Assembly: GCA_035084275.1 (NCBI GenBank) | Contig: CM068744.1 | Location: 42,718,001 to 42,782,000 of the forward strand | DNA: 64,000 nucleotides | Source: Hydrolagus colliei | Lineage: Eukaryota | Direction: 5' to 3' | Notes under the pieces: model-generated | Seen by the model: only the letters and a program-made list of their open reading frames with translations | Databases searched by the model: none | Told to the model about the DNA's origin: nothing | Shown: piece by piece, positions 24,385 to 37,285 of the stretch | Layout: every line of letters starts with the position of its first letter | Position numbering within the stretch: the stretch's first letter is position 1 | Program-made: the position numbers and the translations under genes

Positions 24385-24501
24385 GAGCCGGAACCGGACG
24401 TGCTTTACGCTGACGTGCAGTTTGTGCCACGAACCAGAGGCAGCGACACCGTGAGAGAGAACCTGGACTGCACGGAGTACGCTGAGGTCAGGCGGGCCTG
24501 A
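24385..24501 (+). CDS. Gene A exon 8: terminal exon with ITIM (VLYADV) and ITSM (TEYAEV)
   Basis: tttcag| acceptor, 117 nt to TGA. The eight exons sum to 1422 nt, i.e. 473 aa plus stop, in frame. Confidence 0.88.
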   Translation, partial: EPEPDVLYADVQFVPRTRGSDTVRENLDCTEYAEVRRA

Positions 24502-25839
24502 GCAACACCCTCCCCTGCCTTCCCTCTGCCCCACCTTCTGCCTCACCCTCTGCCACACCCATAACACTCCATCTAGCCCTCTCTCCCACTCGCCTATACC
24601 CCTCTCTCTTCCCTTCCTTGTGCCTGACCCATACCCCTCCCTCTGGCTCTCCCCTGCCTCTCCCTTTGCCTTGCCCATACTATTGCCTCTGCCCCACCTT
24701 CTGAACAGTTTATTTTTGTGCGTGATCAGTGGTCAGGTTGGTGGTTGGGGCTATGGGTAGGTTGTTGGGTGGGGTAGTGTGCATGTTGGTGGGTGGGGCA
24801 CATGTTGGCTGAGGCTGTCTGAAGATATTGCTCTGAATGTGTTATGTGGAAGTATATAAATCAATCTGAGATGTTGTTTCTCATTCTGTCTCTTTTTTAT
24901 GTAAAATACTAAATCTTTTCAATGAAACAAAGTCCTGGAGCTTTTCTGCTTGGATTTATCTACACACTGTTGGGATATGGAGGTACTGTATTAAAAATTA
25001 TAGTTAGTTCCAATCAGGCACCAATTAAAACAATCTATCCACAACACAGGCATGGTCAGTAACCTTGAGCAAAAGGGAGAGATACAACTTGTCTACACAA
25101 AACACCAGGTACATATTCCCCTACGCTGAGACAACCTTGGGTACTGGTCCGTGCCAATAATCCAAGGAGCACAATAACATCAATAGCTTCTAGGATAAAT
25201 AAAGAATTGAAGGAGAGCGGCTCAAGATATAGATAGGGACAGAGGATTCAATTAACAAAGGCGCAAAGGAATGTACCCATTTGGGAAATTGCCAAGTGAG
25301 TAGCTGGACAGCCATCTCAAGGTCTGGGAAAAGAAGGGAGGCAAACAACTCCCTATAACTCTGGCCTTTAGATAGTCTAATTTTGACATCGCTTCTGGAC
25401 AATGTCCAAGTGATCAACTGGCTGAGTTAATTATGGTGGAGAAGTATAAAGATAGGAGAGAAAGAGTGGCTCATTACAACAGTTGGGGAGTCTCAAGGTA
25501 AACTGATGTCTCCAGCCTGCCACTGTTGTCCAGAACTACTGGAATGGGTCATGGTTCCAGTTGTTTTGTTTTACAGGCAGAGAAGGGTCAGTTAGAGAAG
25601 GAAAGTTAGAGAAGGAAAGTTAGAAGGAGTGAGTATTGTGAGAAGCCTGAACCTGACTTAAGGTGTAACAGCCTGAATCCAGCATTGTATTCTACATAGA
25701 ACTGGTAGTTTGATTATTTACTCTTTTATTCTATCATTCTAAATTGCTTATAATCATTAAATCACTATACCTTTATTAAGGATTGTTGGGTCATTATTTT
25801 GAAATCCCCAAATTCTCACAACTCAAGTGTCAACAAGTT

Positions 25840-27210
25840 TTTTTTAACCAAATAGATATTTATTGAAAATATATATTTATTGTATCCATAAATAATTCAA
25901 ATCAAACCATTCCCATAACAGAAGACAAAATTTGCAAAACAAAACACCCTTCAAACCGTGACAAATCACAAATCTGCCCCTTCCTTCAGTTCCCCAAGCG
26001 AATATACATACAACACATTCCACTTGCCTCGTGGTTAGTAAAACATCACCATTACACACAAACACCCATCCATTTCAACCTTTCCAAAAGAAGACCATTA
26101 AACTTGTGCCGGACGCTAGTGTCGCCCACTTTCCTGACGTACAGGGACCAGGACCTCCTCACTTCTCCATTCCCTTTATTTACAGGGAACAGTTACACTT
26201 GGGCTATTCCCAGCTCTGCCTTCCTTCACTTACCGGATGGCAGGATACAATCCCCACTCTGTCTCACCCAACTTTATGGGGAGAGATGTTTCCCACCCAA
26301 ACACAAACACATCACATTGTGGGACACTCTCTGGTTACATGTCTTTTTCCGCACCAGACAGGGAATCCTGGGGGCGTTGTGCTCTCGATGGCCTTCTCAC
26401 AGTACAGGTCTGCATAAAAAGACCTTGTGATCCTTCACATGCCTTCCTACTCTGCACACACTGAGCCATTCTCATTCTTCAACCCAGAGATCACAGAGCT
26501 ATCTCTGTTTGCTTTCTGGGAGAAGAAAGTCAAACACTTCTCATCCTGGTCTTTCTTGCGCACTCTGGAGCAGAAAATCGCATTGGAGGTTTCAGTAGCA
26601 AGGAGTGAAGATTGAAGTTCCAGAGGGTAGGAGTGAAGATTGCTCTCAGCTCCTTATGTTCCTTCCTAACCTCTGAACCTTCCAATTACAGCTTTAGCAG
26701 TTTTTGCAGCTCATTGTACAGCCTAACTATTCCTGACCTTAGCCAATCTTACCCCTTTCTGGACAAAGAATTCCTTCATTCTTACCTTTATCATTTCCCG
26801 CTATTCAGTCAAGGAGTCGCAGAAGACCCTCAAGAATTTCCACCCTTGATTGTCCATCTGTGACTCCTCAACACTTTCCCAGGTTATTAGTGTCACGTTC
26901 AAATTCCACGTCCCCCGACCCATCCTCCTGCTTTCCCTCACTTGCAGGTTAGTCAGCAGGAGGTGATGGTCAGTAAAGAACATCGGTTGAATGTCAGTAA
27001 TTTTAAGCTCTAGACCTCTCAAACCGAATAGGAAATCTATGCGTGAACAAACTGACCCATCTAGCCTGGAAAAGGTAAATTGTTTGGGTGCCCCATCCGC
27101 TGGAGCTTTGAAAATGTTACGTATCTGCACATCCATCAGCAACTCTGTGGAGAAGCCTGGACGAGGTGTCTCTGTATAATCAGATCTATTGGATCTCATC
27201 TCTCTCCAAT
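25840..27210 (-). mobile_element. L1/Tx1-clade LINE remnant (endonuclease + 3' part, internally deleted)
   Basis: FTFSRLDGSVCSRIDFLF...TDHHLL...GRGTWNLN is an L1/Tx1-type EN motif set. The T-run at ~25840 is consistent with a poly(A) tail. Confidence 0.7.
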
Positions 27211-27999
27211 ATACAATTAAAATCTCCTAAAATGACTGGTCAAGATGTGACGAACATGGAGACGGCATCTGGAACAGGGCCACATGTTCATTAGCAGTTA
27301 AAGTTAATTTGGGGTCACCAAATATTTCCAGTGTTGAAATGGGGTAGTGCTGGGAACAGGTTGGGAAGGGCTGCTCAAACTGGTCTGGTCTCCTCCTTGA
27401 CCCCCAAATCCTCCGCTGCACCCCTCAGCCTGGGAGATTTATTGGGACATCCTCCCGACTTGAAAGGCACTCTACAAATGCCATTTTGTTGTTGTTATTT
27501 GGTGGTTGTTTCTAATTAATAAATACATATTTGATATAAACAAAAGGGAGCTCTATAATCACATGAAATGATTGGAAAGAGATGCAGAACAGAGAGACAG
27601 TGATCAGCAAACTACACATTTATTACCAGGTCCCTGACCAGTGACAGGCCCTCACCCTCCCCGTGATGACCCTCTGTAACTATGACCCACTGAGTAAAGA
27701 CACAGACATATCTATGACCAGGACCCTGACCCAGTGTGCCGACCCACTGTTGACACTTGAACTCACATTGTCTAGGCTTGCACTCCATTGCAGAGCTGGG
27801 AGAGTTCCATTGTATGTCGTGATATCTCCCAGATGAAACATTTAAACAGGCAAGATCCCAGATCTATTTAAAACAAGAAGGGAGTTTCTCGCGGTGTCCT
27901 GAACATCAACCATCAAATAACAACAACAAAATGACATTTGTCTGCCTTTCACGTCGGTTAGATGTGCCAATAAATCTCCCAGGCTGAGGGGTGTACAAA

Positions 28000-28700
28000 C
28001 CATCCTATCACCTGACCTGCTTGGGGAGGGTCGAGAAGACAGCTTCAGGTCCACATTGCCCTTTGACAATTGAAGGCCAAGTAGAGTTTGGGGGAGAAGA
28101 TTGTCTATGAGGACAACACTTGTTTTCTAAGTGGAACATGTTGGTCTAATTCAGTTAATCAGGGTGTGTTCATCCACAAAATTCACTACAACTGCAAGTC
28201 AGTCAATGTTCAGCTTTTTTTTTTGCCCAGCCGGGTGTCTGACATATACGGAAACCCATCACCGTTGCTAAAGAGTCTCCAAACTAAGATGAGGATTCCA
28301 TGTATTCCACCTACACATGGAAATCCCAGAGATAGATGAATGAACTTGAATGAACTCTCTATCTCTGGAGGGACACATCCCGCTTACCTAATTCCAGGGA
28401 TTGTTAGCCACAGATTGGCAACAGTCAAGACTTGGGGAGCCCAGAGTGTGCATTGCTGTAACTGCTGGAGTCTAACCAGCTAAACCCAATTAGTTTGCCA
28501 TTGATATCACTGTCTGGCCAAGCTTTCTCACTGATTGTGCCACTAGCACTATCTTACACATTAGGCTTTGCCATCTGGCAAAGGATTGTCCGACAGGCAA
28601 AAGGTGTGACTTGTGTGGAGAAATGGGGCACTTTTATTACACTTGCCCAAGGAGGAATGGGCAGAAATTAGTCCAGACCCATCATCACAGAAATCAGGTG
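28000..28700 (+). mobile_element. Tx1-like ORF1 remnant with zinc knuckles
   Basis: Manual translation at ~28577-28650 gives HLAKDCPTGKRCDLCGEMGHFYYTCP (CX2CX4HX4C). Upstream frames are broken. Confidence 0.5.
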
Positions 28701-29399
28701 GGCAACAGGTGATGGAGGGAAGCCAGGCTTCCGCAGCCAAAGACTGCAACAGGAATATGGCAGAATGCGGAAGCAACAGATTGTGCTACCTGCGGAGGGA
28801 AAGGTAACTCCTGGGCACGCAGGCGAACATAGAATTATCTCCTGATGGTTCCCCCTCTGAAGAAGAATGTAATCCATACGAGAGGGAAACAAGGGAGGAA
28901 GAGGAGGAGATGGAACTATCCCAAGGGAAAGTTTAATGCATCAAACCAGAAACAGGGATGGAAAAGAGAGACAGTAGTAGGTGGCTGGTAAATGTGCACA
29001 GAAAAGAAAGGCGGGGAAGAAGAAGGGAATCTGACCACAGAAAGTGGAAATACAGAATACAGACACGGTGAACAAGCTAGGGAGACAGGGAAAGGAAGAA
29101 ACAATGCTTGAACCCCCAAATAGCAGCGACTTTTGGACGCAGTTTCTGCCAGTTCTGCCAGTTCCCCCAACACTTGTTCAAAAAACACTTGTTGACACTT
29201 GCGTTGCGAGAATTCATACAGTTTGGGTTTGAATTATTACAGTGTTCTGTGTGTACATAAATCCAAGCACAAAGCTCCAGCACTTTGTTTCATTCAAAAA
29301 TGTATACTTTTACATAAAAAAGCGACAGACTAAGAAACAACATCTCAGATTGATTTATACACAGTACTTCCTTATAATACATTCAGGATAATATCCTCA

Positions 29400-30350
29400 G
29401 AAAGCCGCACCCACCAAACCATCCCACCAAATTGCACACTACCCCACACAACAACAACCTACACATACACCCACCCACAAACCCGCCCACCAACCTCCCC
29501 AGAGCCCCACCCACCAACCTGCCCATAGCCTCACCTACCTATCTGCCCAACTACCAACCTGCCCACACACCCACTCACAAACCTGTCCCCACCCACACAC
29601 CTCCTCACTGCCCCAAACACCATCCTGCCCACATGCAGCAAACACACCCAATCTGCCCACCTGTCCACATACCCACCCAACCTACTCACATACCTACCTA
29701 CCAAGCTGCCCCACCCACCTGTCCATTCCCTCTTTCACCAACCAGCGCCTTGGGATGCCCTCCCAATGTGAAAGACACTCTATAAATGTAACTTTGTTGT
29801 TGTTGTCACACACCCACAGGTCAAACCAGCCATTAACCCACGCACCACAGCCCCAAACACCAATCTGCCCACTGCTCCACCAACCAAATTGCCCATATCC
29901 GCATCCAACAACCTGTCAACACACCCACCCATCAACGTGCTCACACCTCCACCCTTCAACCTGCCCCCACCCAAACCCACCAATCTATCCACTGCCCCAC
30001 CCAACAACCTGTCCACATCCCCACCAACCTAACTGCCCACAGCCCCACCCACCAACCAGGCACCATCTGCCCATAGCCTAACCCTCCAAACTGGCCCCAC
30101 CCCCACACATCAACCTACCCACTACCCCACACACCAACCTGTCTCAACCTTGCCCACATCCCCACCCACCAACCTGCCAACAGCCCCACACAACAACCTG
30201 TGCACATCACTGCACACCAACCTGTTCACAGCCCCACTCACTAAACTGTCCATAGAACCACACACCAAGCTGCCTCCCGCACCCACCAACCTGCCCACAG
30301 CCCCACTCAACACCTGCCCATAGTCCCACACCAATCTGTCCATTGGCTCC
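29400..30350. repeat. C/A-rich low-complexity tandem repeat
   Basis: (ccaccaacctgccc)n-like units. Confidence 0.75.
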
Positions 30351-30945
30351 TGTTAGGTTCAGAAATTTAGACAATCTGTAACTAGAAAATAGTCAGTCAA
30401 TACAGTCAAAAACAAGAGGTAGGTAGGTTTAGCAAAAACGATTTATTCAACTACATGCATATAAGTCATCAATTAGTCTCATATGCCCATAGGGTCAGTT
30501 GTCTCTAAGGCAGACAAAAGACCTCGTGTCCAGCGTTTTCACATCTTTTATACAGAAAAAGAGATATATCTTGAGAAAGGGGTAGTCCCTTTCTTAAACC
30601 AATTACAATACAGTCACGTACATATCTTGAAACTGAAAATTACTAGCCCAAACTGCCTTTTTGCCTCCTGCACAATTTGTTCGTTTCACACAGTTTTATT
30701 ATTCTCGCTTATCTCTTCTGTTGTACCCAAGGCCGTCTCTGCAGATCACAACCAAGGCTGCAGTTTTCACAGAAGAGACAATAGAGAAGCTGTTACGTCA
30801 CCAATCGAACTAATCTGATTTCGATTATGGCTTTGCAAACAAGTATTAGTAAAGCATTCTATTTAATTAAAACATCTATCAGACTCACATGCTGCCACCA
30901 AACAAGTTTCTTGAAAATATAACATAACCATTTTCTCCTCTAACA
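30351..30945 (-). mobile_element. Solo LTR (595 bp)
   Basis: Termini tgttag...ctaaca. The flanks ctcc/ctac give a 4-bp TSD with one mismatch, and the uninterrupted site is seen at ~31628 (ctggctacc). AATAAA lies on the minus strand at 30442-30447. Confidence 0.65.
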
Positions 30946-31273
30946 CTACCACCAAAGATAAACTATCCAGAGGGGCAGAGGGCAGGACAGTGGGAGGGGC
31001 AGAGTGAGGCAGTGGCGGCATGGGTGAAGCAGAGGTTGTATGGGGGAATGAGGCAGAGAATGAATTTATCATGAGTAGAGGATGAGTCAGTGGGAGGTGT
31101 ATGGATGGGGCAGATAGTTGGGTAGAGGGAGGGGCAGAGGAAAGGCAATGGGCAAGGCAGAGGGTGGGGAAGATGGAGGGATATGGGTGGGGCAGAGGGT
31201 GAGGCAGAGGGAGGAGCAGAGAGAGGGATATGGACGAGGCTGAGGCAGAGGGAGAGTAGTGGTAGGGTGTTGC

Positions 31274-31390
31274 TCAGGCCCGCCTGACCTCAGCGTACTC
31301 TGTGTGGTCCAGGTCCTCTGTCACGGTGTCGCTGCCTCTGGTTCGAAGCACAAACTGCACGTCAGCGTAAAGCACGTCCGGTTCTGGCTC
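31274..31390 (-). CDS. Gene B distal terminal exon: ITIM (VLYADV) + ITSM (TEYAEV)
   Basis: tttcag| acceptor; EPEPDVLYADVQFVLRTRGSDTVTEDLDHTEYAEVRRA*; 117 nt. Confidence 0.75.
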   Translation of the reverse strand, partial: EPEPDVLYADVQFVLRTRGSDTVTEDLDHTEYAEVRRA

Positions 31391-31476
31391 CTGAAACACA
31401 ACCACACAGTCACACACAGCCATCACCAAGCCACACAAACTGGGTGTGATACAGTGGATGTGATACATGGACTTAC

Positions 31477-31517
31477 CTCAGAGCCGGTGGCTGTCTGGCG
31501 AGGAGCCTGACAGTGCC
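31477..31517 (-). CDS. Gene B duplicate cytoplasmic exon 2 (HCQAPRQTATGSE), weak acceptor
   Basis: 41 nt, phase 1-0, donor gtaagt. The acceptor tgtacag lacks a pyrimidine tract. Confidence 0.45.
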
Positions 31518-31983
31518 CTGTACACTAACCTGTCCACAGCCCCACCCACCAAACTCTCCATAGACCCACATGCCAAGCTGACCCACGCACTCACCAACCT
31601 GCCCAGAGACCCACACCAATCTGTCCACTGGCTACCGTCCAACATAAACTGTCCTGAGGGGCAGAGGACAGGACAGCGGGAGGGGCAGAGTGAGTTGTAT
31701 ATGTGGGGCACAAGGTGAAGCAGAGGGGGCATGGGGGAATGGGCATTTATTGTTGGGGTAGATGGTGAGTCAGTGGGAGGTGTATGGATGGGGCAGATAG
31801 TGGGGCAGAGGGAGGGGAATGGGCGAAGCAGAGGGTGGGGAAGATGAATGAGTATGGGTGGGGCAGTGAATGGAAGAGGGCGGGGAAGAAGGAGGGGTAT
31901 GGATGAGACTGATGGTGGGGCAGAGGGAGGGGTATGGATGAGGCAGAGGGTGGGGCAGAGGGAGAGTAGTGGTAGGGTGTTGC

Positions 31984-32091
31984 TCAGGCCCGCCTCACCT
32001 CAGCGTGGTCTGGGTTCTCTCTCACGGTGTCGCTGCCTCTGGTTCGTGGCACAAACTTCAGGTCAGCGTAAAGCACGTCCGGTTCCGGCTC
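31984..32091 (-). CDS. Gene B proximal terminal exon: ITIM only (VLYADL), ITSM deleted
   Basis: 108 nt; EPEPDVLYADLKFVPRTRGSDTVRENPDHAEVRRA*; AATAAA on the minus strand at 31746-31751. Confidence 0.8.
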   Translation of the reverse strand, partial: EPEPDVLYADLKFVPRTRGSDTVRENPDHAEVRRA

Positions 32092-32178
32092 CTGAAACAC
32101 AGCCACACAGTCACACACAGCCATCACCGAGCCACACAAACTAGGTGTGATACAGGGGGGCGTGATACATGGGCTTAC

Positions 32179-32222
32179 CTCAGAGCTGGTGGCTGTCTGT
32201 GGCCGAGGAGCTTGACACTGCC
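32179..32222 (-). CDS. Gene B cytoplasmic exon 2 QCQAPRPQTATSSE
   Basis: 44 nt with canonical splice sites, near-identical to 24255-24298. Confidence 0.8.
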
Positions 32223-33602
32223 CTGAAATTACACCAAAACAAGGATTATTGATACACACAAGGTTTACAGTCTGATATTTACACAGCGCCTCACTATGGC
32301 GGAAGTTCCAAAGAACGGAAGCAGAAAGGCTGATTATGCGGCAGGTAGCCCGAGTGCTATAAAGCAGGGTTGGAAGGTTGTCAGGTCACAGGAGGAGGCC
32401 ATTCAGCCAGTCTAGCCTGCTCTGCCAGGTCAGTCAGCACATCCTTTAATTCCATTCCCCACATTATTATCATTTTCCTCATTCCAAAATATTCAACAAA
32501 GACCCTGTTAAGAAGCGTCCATAAACAATGGTTGGTAAATGGGACTGAAAGGATTTTTCTTCAAAGAGGCATGATGGTAGTCTTCTGTGCTGTCTAATCC
32601 ACTTTGATTTTCTTGAAAAGAGGTAAGCAGCTGCTACACCACCTAGGGAGCCATCACTTACTGGGATGGGACGTGTGCTCGGGCTGTGGACAGAAATATG
32701 GTGCCAATGCTCTGAGCCCACTGGGAAGCTTACAGTTCACATCTCCTTAACTTCCCAGTTCATTTCCTGAGATTGTTTCTAGCCTATCACCCTATCCTCC
32801 CGACATGAAAGGCGCTCTATAAATATAATTCAAATTCCTGATAACCTATCATGCTCCCAGGACCTTCCTCTCGCTGCCTACAGCCCCAGTCAACAACCCG
32901 CAAACAACCCCGAATACCTACTCATTAGGAATGACTTGAATCTCCATCATCAACTCTTCCTGCTGCAACTCAACTCTCCCCCTTACCCTCTGCATAAACT
33001 CCCCCATGGCCTCACTGTCGCCCATCTCGCCATTACTGACACTAACCACATCCTCATCTCCCTCTCATCCACACACCATCTTGGGATCCTGAACCTGATG
33101 TCTGCCAAGAATCAGTCAGGACAGCAGTGGTCCTGATATCAAGGGTGGATACAGAGAGATAGAGTTGGGAGTCTTGCCTTGCAAGTGGAAATCGATCGTA
33201 CTTCCAATTAGTGACAGACAATGTCACGAAGGGAAGCAAGGTGACGATGGTGAAGAGGAGAGAACCAAGGTCAGCGCCTCACAGATCCAAGAGTGAAACC
33301 AGGAGAGGACAGAACCATAAAGGTGGAGCATGGAGGAGAGACGGTGGAGAAAGATGGAGTGGTTGACAATATCAAAGGCAGAGACTACGAGTGGGGATAG
33401 GGTGGCAAAGGGATGATTGCTAAAAACTAGAGATTCTCTTCTGTTTTCCAATAGCATAATAGGACCTTTAACATGCACTAGGCAGAGAGGACCATTAGTT
33501 TAACATCACATCTACAAGACCATAGGTCCAACAATGGCATCCCTCCCCCAGCACTACACTGCTGTTTTGGCCTGTTGTGTATCATGGGAATGAGTTACTC
33601 AC

Positions 33603-33637
33603 CATCACAGCTGCTGTTCACATCGCCAGCGAGATTT
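33603..33637 (-). CDS. Gene B cytoplasmic exon 1 NLAGDVNSSCD
   Basis: gatttag| acceptor, G|gtgagt donor, 35 nt. Confidence 0.75.
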
Positions 33638-35670
33638 CTAAATCCAGAAGGAATAAACAATTATTTCCAGAAGGAATAAACAATGTGGAACTCTCTACTC
33701 TAACCCCATTCCCTGCTCTCTCTCTCTCTCTCCATGGTGTCTGTGCTGGTGTATGCTCCTCCACTGGAGCTCTCTACTCTAAACCCATTGCTTGCTCTCT
33801 CCCCATCGTATTTGTGATGGTTCTCATTTCCCCACTGGAGCTCTTTACTCTAACCCCATTCCGTGCTCTCTCTCCATTGCATCTGTGCTGGTGCTCATTC
33901 CCCACTAGAGCTCTCTACTTTAACCTCATTCCCTGTTCTCTCTCCATTGTGTCTGTGTCTGCCCTCTGTAACTCTACTTTAACCCCATTTCCTGCTCACT
34001 AGCCATGGACGTGGTGCTTACACTCTGATCAATAACTTATAGAGCGCCCTCCACACTGGGCAGCTTCTTATAGTGCTTAATAGTGGGCAGAGCCTGTCTC
34101 TGAGCTGGGGGTGGTGGGCGGCTGGAGGAGGGTGTTTATAAGCATGGTCGAAGCAGAAGTTATCCAGTTTCGGCTTGAAAAGGGGGGAGCAAGGAGGAGG
34201 GATTGAGTGAGAGTGGAAAGGGCGACCTCTGATGGTGGTCAGAGGGAGGGAGGGAGGCAGAGTGGTGCCAGGAAGTGAATGGATTTGAAAATGTTTGAGG
34301 ATCGATCATGAAGTCAATCCATTTGGTGATGGGGAGTCAGTGAAGCCGGAACTGGTGAAATGTAGGTACAAAGTTTGGTCCGGGTCAGTATGTTTGTGGT
34401 AATGTCTGAATCAGCTGATCTTTTGGATGGTAGAGCTGGGGAGACCAACGAGGACAGTGTTGGAGGAATCCAGGCGAGAGGAGGCAAACTCATGCACAAG
34501 GGTTCTGGCTGCATTTGGGGTAAGGTATAGTTAGAGGAGGGCAATGTGGAGGAGATGGAAGAAGGTCAAGGAAAAGATGTGGGAGAGGAAGGACAGCTGG
34601 ATGTCGAATTGGACCCTAGATTGTGCACTGGATCATTGAGTCTCAGGGAGAGTCCAAGGAGATTGAGGACTTTAGAACCACAAGAGTGAAGACGTTGATG
34701 GGAGCCAAGTATGGCTTCCATCTTGTTGGAAGCCATACTATGTTATGTTCAGCTGAAGGAAGTTTACACTCATCCAAGCCTTGATGTCTGACAGACAAGC
34801 TGATAAAACATCAGTGGACCTGGAGATGCTATTGGAGGCAAAGTAGATTTGTGTGTGATCCTCACACATGTAAAAGTTTACCCTGTGTCTGTGGAAGATA
34901 TCACCCAGAGGGAGCAGATAGACAAGAAAAAGAAGAATGTCATGGATGGAGCCCTGGGGAACCCCAGAGGTGACCGGGCTGGGGCGGGATGAGAAACCAT
35001 TTGCTGAGATAAAATGTAGGACAAATCTGTGACAAATGCAACAAAGAGATCCAGGAGGATGTGAAGGCAGAGGGAGCCCTGGTCAGAAATGGAGAGGATG
35101 TTGTTTGGACTTTGCCAAGCGCTGTCACAGTGCTGAGGGCAGTCAGGGCGTAAGCCAGACTACAGGGGGTGGAGAAGGGAGGTGTGTGACCAGAGTTGAC
35201 CTGTAACATGGGGTTCCAGGACTTTTGTCAAGGAAGTGTAGGTTGGAGATTGGGCAATAGTGAGAGAGATTAGAGGGATGGAGGGTGGGTTTATTGAGGA
35301 GAGGTGGGATGACAGCGGTTTTCAGGGTGATAGGAACAGAGCCTCAGGAGAGAGACTGGTTGATTGTGTCAGCAGCAGGGGAAGATGTGGGGGAGTTACA
35401 AAGGGTTACTCAAACGGTTGGGTGTCAGAGACATTTCTGTGGATAGAATGAGCAATGGGACAGTTGAGGTTAGGGTTAGACCAGGAAGGAAGGAAGGACA
35501 AAGAAGATGAGATCACAATTCTCCTGGATGACAACAACAAATGACATTGAATGACAGTGTCTCCACCAATCTCAATTCCCTGGTCCCCTGAAATCCACCT
35601 GGTACAACAGTCACCACGTTGTTAGCACATCCCAAGGCTCTGATCTCTGCTGTTGGGAACCCAGATATAC

Positions 35671-35809
35671 CTGTCATTATGGGCCTTAATGCTGAGACGT
35701 TTCCTGCAGAAGAGAGCTGTGAGAAGAATGCAGAGCAGCAGAAGACATGCCAGAGAGGAGCCTATGATCACCTTGATGCGATGAGGATGTTGTGGATGGC
35801 CGGTGTCTT
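35671..35809 (-). CDS. Gene B stalk + transmembrane exon
   Basis: DTGHPQHPHRIKVIIGSSLACLLLLCILLTALFCRKRLSIKAHND; 139 nt; ttacag| acceptor and AG|gtatat donor. Confidence 0.88.
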
Positions 35810-37285
35810 CTGTAACAATTCGCAAACACACATGGGTTTCAGCAACAGTAACAGCTCAGTCCTGGACACTGACCTGACTTAAAGCAGCATTTGATGAGAT
35901 TTTACTCTTACATCCCTCACCTCGATGAGAACCTTCAACTCAGTCTATGCTGAAGCCCAGTGCCGTGCTGGAGCAGAAACATTGTGAGTCATGCCATCCT
36001 TCAGGTCGATGTTAAATATCCCAAAAGAAGGGAGTTCCCTCAATCACTAGCTTTCTCCCCTGGTGTCCTGGCCAAAATTCCACCAAATAAAATTGGTCTA
36101 TCACTCCATGGCTGTTTGTGGGACACTGCTGTGTGCTAACTGGATGCCAGGATTTGCCACCAACATACACAGCAATTTACTGCTTCTACTTGTCCACAAT
36201 AGTAAAACCAGGGTCACAGCCTGTGATTGAAGCAGGGGAAATTCAGATTGCATCTACGCAAACATTATTTCAGTCAGTGAATAGTGAATCTGTGGGACAG
36301 GCTCCCTTGGGAGATGGTTGAAGCAGGAACTGCTGATTCTATCAAAAACAGACAAGTGTTTTCTTTTAGGAAATAACATAATGGGACATATACAGTACAT
36401 GGGTAGTTTGGGACACATGCACATGTGACCATCAGGAACGTGAAGTGGATGGACCTTGGCCTTTTATTGTCAACCATTTCTTATGTTCTCTGAGAGCAGC
36501 GCTGCCACCCGCTGGTCACCTTGTGTATTATTATTAATCTGCATTTGAACAGCATCTTTCACATCGGGACAATGTCTTCAAGGGATTTACTGCAAAGTGT
36601 AGTGGCTGTGTATAATGCAGGTGAATTTACCATCGCAATGTCCAACAAACAGCCACAGAGAGAGTGAACAATTGTATCTGAGGATTGTTGGCCAAGACAC
36701 TGGCAGAGACAAACTCCCTTCTATTTTCCAATGATGCCAAGGGATATTAAACATCCACCCGACAGGCAGCCAGAACTTTGTCTCACCTGAAGGATGGAAC
36801 CTCTAACAGTGCAGCCCCCACTCTCCCCCAGCACTGCATTGGAGTATCAGTTTAGACTGTGAGTTAACATTCACCTGAATGGACACAGGTGGCGGTTTGA
36901 CTATGCCTTGGAACGTCCTCCTGATATGAAAGACACACTACAAATGTAATTGTGTTGTTGTTGTTCCCCTTAAATAGATCAATTCCATTGATCTCAACTA
37001 CTCCATGCCGGAGCAAGTTCCTCATTCCCACCAGAAGGAGGCGAGGAGGGTTGGGGGGAGGATTGTGAAAGAGGTGGAGATGCCACGAGAAGCCTGTTTG
37101 TGACTGTTGGATTTCCACAGAGGCTGGTTAACAGGGACTTGACAGGGAGGCTGTGGAGCCCAGTATGGTCACAGAGGAGGGGGGGAGATGAGACAATAAC
37201 AATGGGAGGGGCTGGGCATCTATCCTGTTGTCCATGTCAGATGAAGGAATGAATGGACTTGATGGCTGAGTGCTGCTGTACTCAC

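Noticed and set aside
8305-24501. Assigning a symbol such as PDCD1, SIRPA, NITR or NCR3
   Set aside because: The tail resembles PD-1/SIRP, but the three-V, no-C ectodomain does not match these genes. Orthology cannot be established without phylogeny and synteny.
24968-25835. Possible second solo LTR (tgttgg...tcaaca) downstream of gene A
   Set aside because: The termini are only loosely inverted and no TSD could be identified, so support is too weak to call.
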